A stretch of 59,477 bases of DNA, the filler included, from Squatina squatina (lineage: Eukaryota), in the NCBI GenBank assembly GCA_031763465.1. It is 3 parts of 3 records of this genome, joined end to end, with 100 filler letters (N's around TTAATTAATTAA, not from the genome) between each part and the next. Parts side by side here need not be neighbours in the genome. Positions count along the whole stretch, not along the records: positions 39,428 to 59,477 come from JARFOE010000001.1; 2 more parts are not named here. One strand, given 5' to 3'. The notes under the pieces were generated by a model. That model did not search any database. It was not told the origin of the DNA and was given only the letters and a program-made list of their open reading frames with translations. Below, in pieces: positions 57,351 to 59,477 of the stretch. Numbering within the stretch: the stretch's first letter is position 1; every line of letters starts with the position of its first letter. Made by a program: the position numbers and the translations under genes.

Positions 57351-59477
57351 CCTGCAGAAATAAAGGGTGGGAATGAAGATGACATCAATCAACCTAGAAG
57401 TCTGGAAGAACTGAGAGAAATTGAAGTTTNNNNNNNNNNNNNNNNNNNNNNNNNNNNNNNNNNNNNNNNNNNNNNNNNNNNNNNNNNNNNNNNNNNNNNN
57501 NNNNNNNNNNNNNNNNNNNNNNNNNNNNNAACTTGACCAGCAGTCTTGGCATCAGCACTTGGCATTATTACAACCTTTGTGTTTCACATCATAATATTCC
57601 TTTAGCTGGCTACAAACAAGGCTTGTTACAATCGACAGGCAGACTTGCTAAAGAGACCATGCAGGTGAATTTCAGTGGGACCAACAGGCTGAAACGGGAG
57701 AAATACTGCCCCGAAAATTGTGAGGGAAAAACTTATTGCAGTTCCCCCTCTTGATCTGGCTGACACCATGCTGAAAGGAGCCTAATGTTGGCAGCCAAAG
57801 CACCTGCCTGTTTCAGGTGTTAGGCCCTTTTAATATGCAAATTGAAGTCCCATGATGTGCATAGGACCCCAATTACCATTTGGAGGGCAAATCGCATGTA
57901 TTCTGTTCACTCTGTTCTGTTATACTCAGCAATACAGCTGAAGAGAACCAAAAAGATAAGTATTAAAATTATTTTTGTGGTGTTATGTGGATCAGAAATA
58001 CTTGTGGGCTGCTGCTGCCCTGGAAACCCTAATCTCTAACATTCGACACTTCCCTGACCTCCTTTCCGTTGACCTAGTAGGCCCTCTGATATTGCTCCAG
58101 CTCAGAGCCAGCAAACTGCAGCAGGGCTTTGGGCCTATCTTACCTTGGCATTGCTGTGCACACCTGCTGTGTACTCTGTAAAATGACACAATCAATCTGT
58201 ATGGATATGTAGAAAATAGTATGGCAGTAGTTTTACCCTATCACAGTAGGCATGCAGAGCACAGGCAATTTGTAGAACAGAGAATTGGGAAAAAACCTCA
58301 ATTAGCTTTGATAAGATTCNNNNNNNNNNNNNNNNNNNNNNNNNNNNNNNNNNNNNNNNNNNNNNNNNNNNNNNNNNNNNNNNNNNNNNNNNNNNNNNNN
58401 NNNNNNNNNNNNNNNNNNNTAACTGCTGAATCAAATCAATTTAAATTGTCCTGCTGTTAAGCTTCCAAATGTTGTCACATTATTATAGCAATTCAATGTC
58501 ACGAATAATTAGAATATATTATGAATCACCTTCTTATTCTATCTGTTTTGTGGCAGATTTTACGTGATTAACTGCAAAACTTTAAATAAAACATTTAAAC
58601 AGAGTGTTGCATTGCAATCATCAAAGTTAATTCAACAAAAACCATAGGCACAACATGAATACTTTTTGCAATTGCAAATTAAACTGTTAATTAAATTTCT
58701 AGTGAATGCATTCTGCTTCCAAATTGCTGAAAGTTTACGGTTGGAGTATTTGTATTAAATAAAATATTGTTGAAGTGACTGATTCTTTTTTTCCTCATTT
58801 CTCTCTCCATTTGCTGATAGATTCTGAGTTTAATACAGCAGATGGTTTTATTGGCTGTTTTGAAGACAGTCATTATGAAGACAAAGATTATTATATTAAC
58901 ATTACTAACAGTCAGTGAATTTCAAAAAACAATCATTGTGTGAAGCACAGTGAGAAGTTTCAAGGACATAATAAGTGCTATATAAATGCAAAGCCTTTTT
59001 ACTGTCGCAGTGTAAGGATAAAAAATAAATAAAATATTACGAATTGAATTGACCTCAGTTAATTTTGGTTCTATCGGCCCATTGAGAAAATGATTATTCT
59101 CTTCCCTTCTTCTTTGTTAGATATTCTATTTCAACTTTTGTCACTTTCCCCAGGCCATGCACATTCCTGGATGAGAGGATGATAGTATCATATCATTGCC
59201 AACAGGCCACATGAGTTCAAAGCATTTTTTTCACATTGCATTGAGCCTTATGTGCATTTTTCTCCAATAGGTCTGTTAAGGACTTGACAATGATACTATG
59301 GGGTTAATTTTAACCCCCCCCCCCCCACCCCCAAAATGTTTCGGTTTGGTTCGGTTGGGATGTTAAAATTTAAAAAATCCCAAACCTGAAACAAAGCCAA
59401 CTTGAACTCGCCCACTTCTGGTTGCACAGAGGCAGATCAGGGGTGGACGACCAACCTGCTCCCAGGAGGAGTGCCAC

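Overview
This is eukaryotic, not prokaryotic, DNA. It is a fragmented vertebrate assembly whose repeats (Deu-domain SacSINE1-like SINEs, dense CR1 LINEs, Harbinger-type elements) point to a cartilaginous fish (shark-like). Two synthetic spacers (44N-TTAATTAATTAA-44N at 18262-18361 and 39328-39427) split the window into three probably unlinked scaffolds. Scaffold A (1-18261) holds scattered exons of RBMS1, including a long 3'UTR exon, followed by ITGB6, all on +. Scaffold B (18362-39327) holds exons of SPART (SPG20), CCDC169, SOHLH2 and the 5' end of DCLK1, all on +, in the human 13q13 order. Scaffold C (39428-59477) has no recognisable host gene: it contains LINEs (CR1, L2, RTE, R2-like), SINEs, DNA-transposon relics, two minisatellites and one unclassified CpG-rich segment. 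Many exons are missing, most likely lost in N gaps. I found no convincing new biological system. The best leads are the R2-like relic outside rDNA, the unclassified 43.0-43.7 kb segment, deeply conserved RBMS1 splicing/3'UTR features and a shark SOHLH2. All homology calls rest on remembered sequences, not on database searches.
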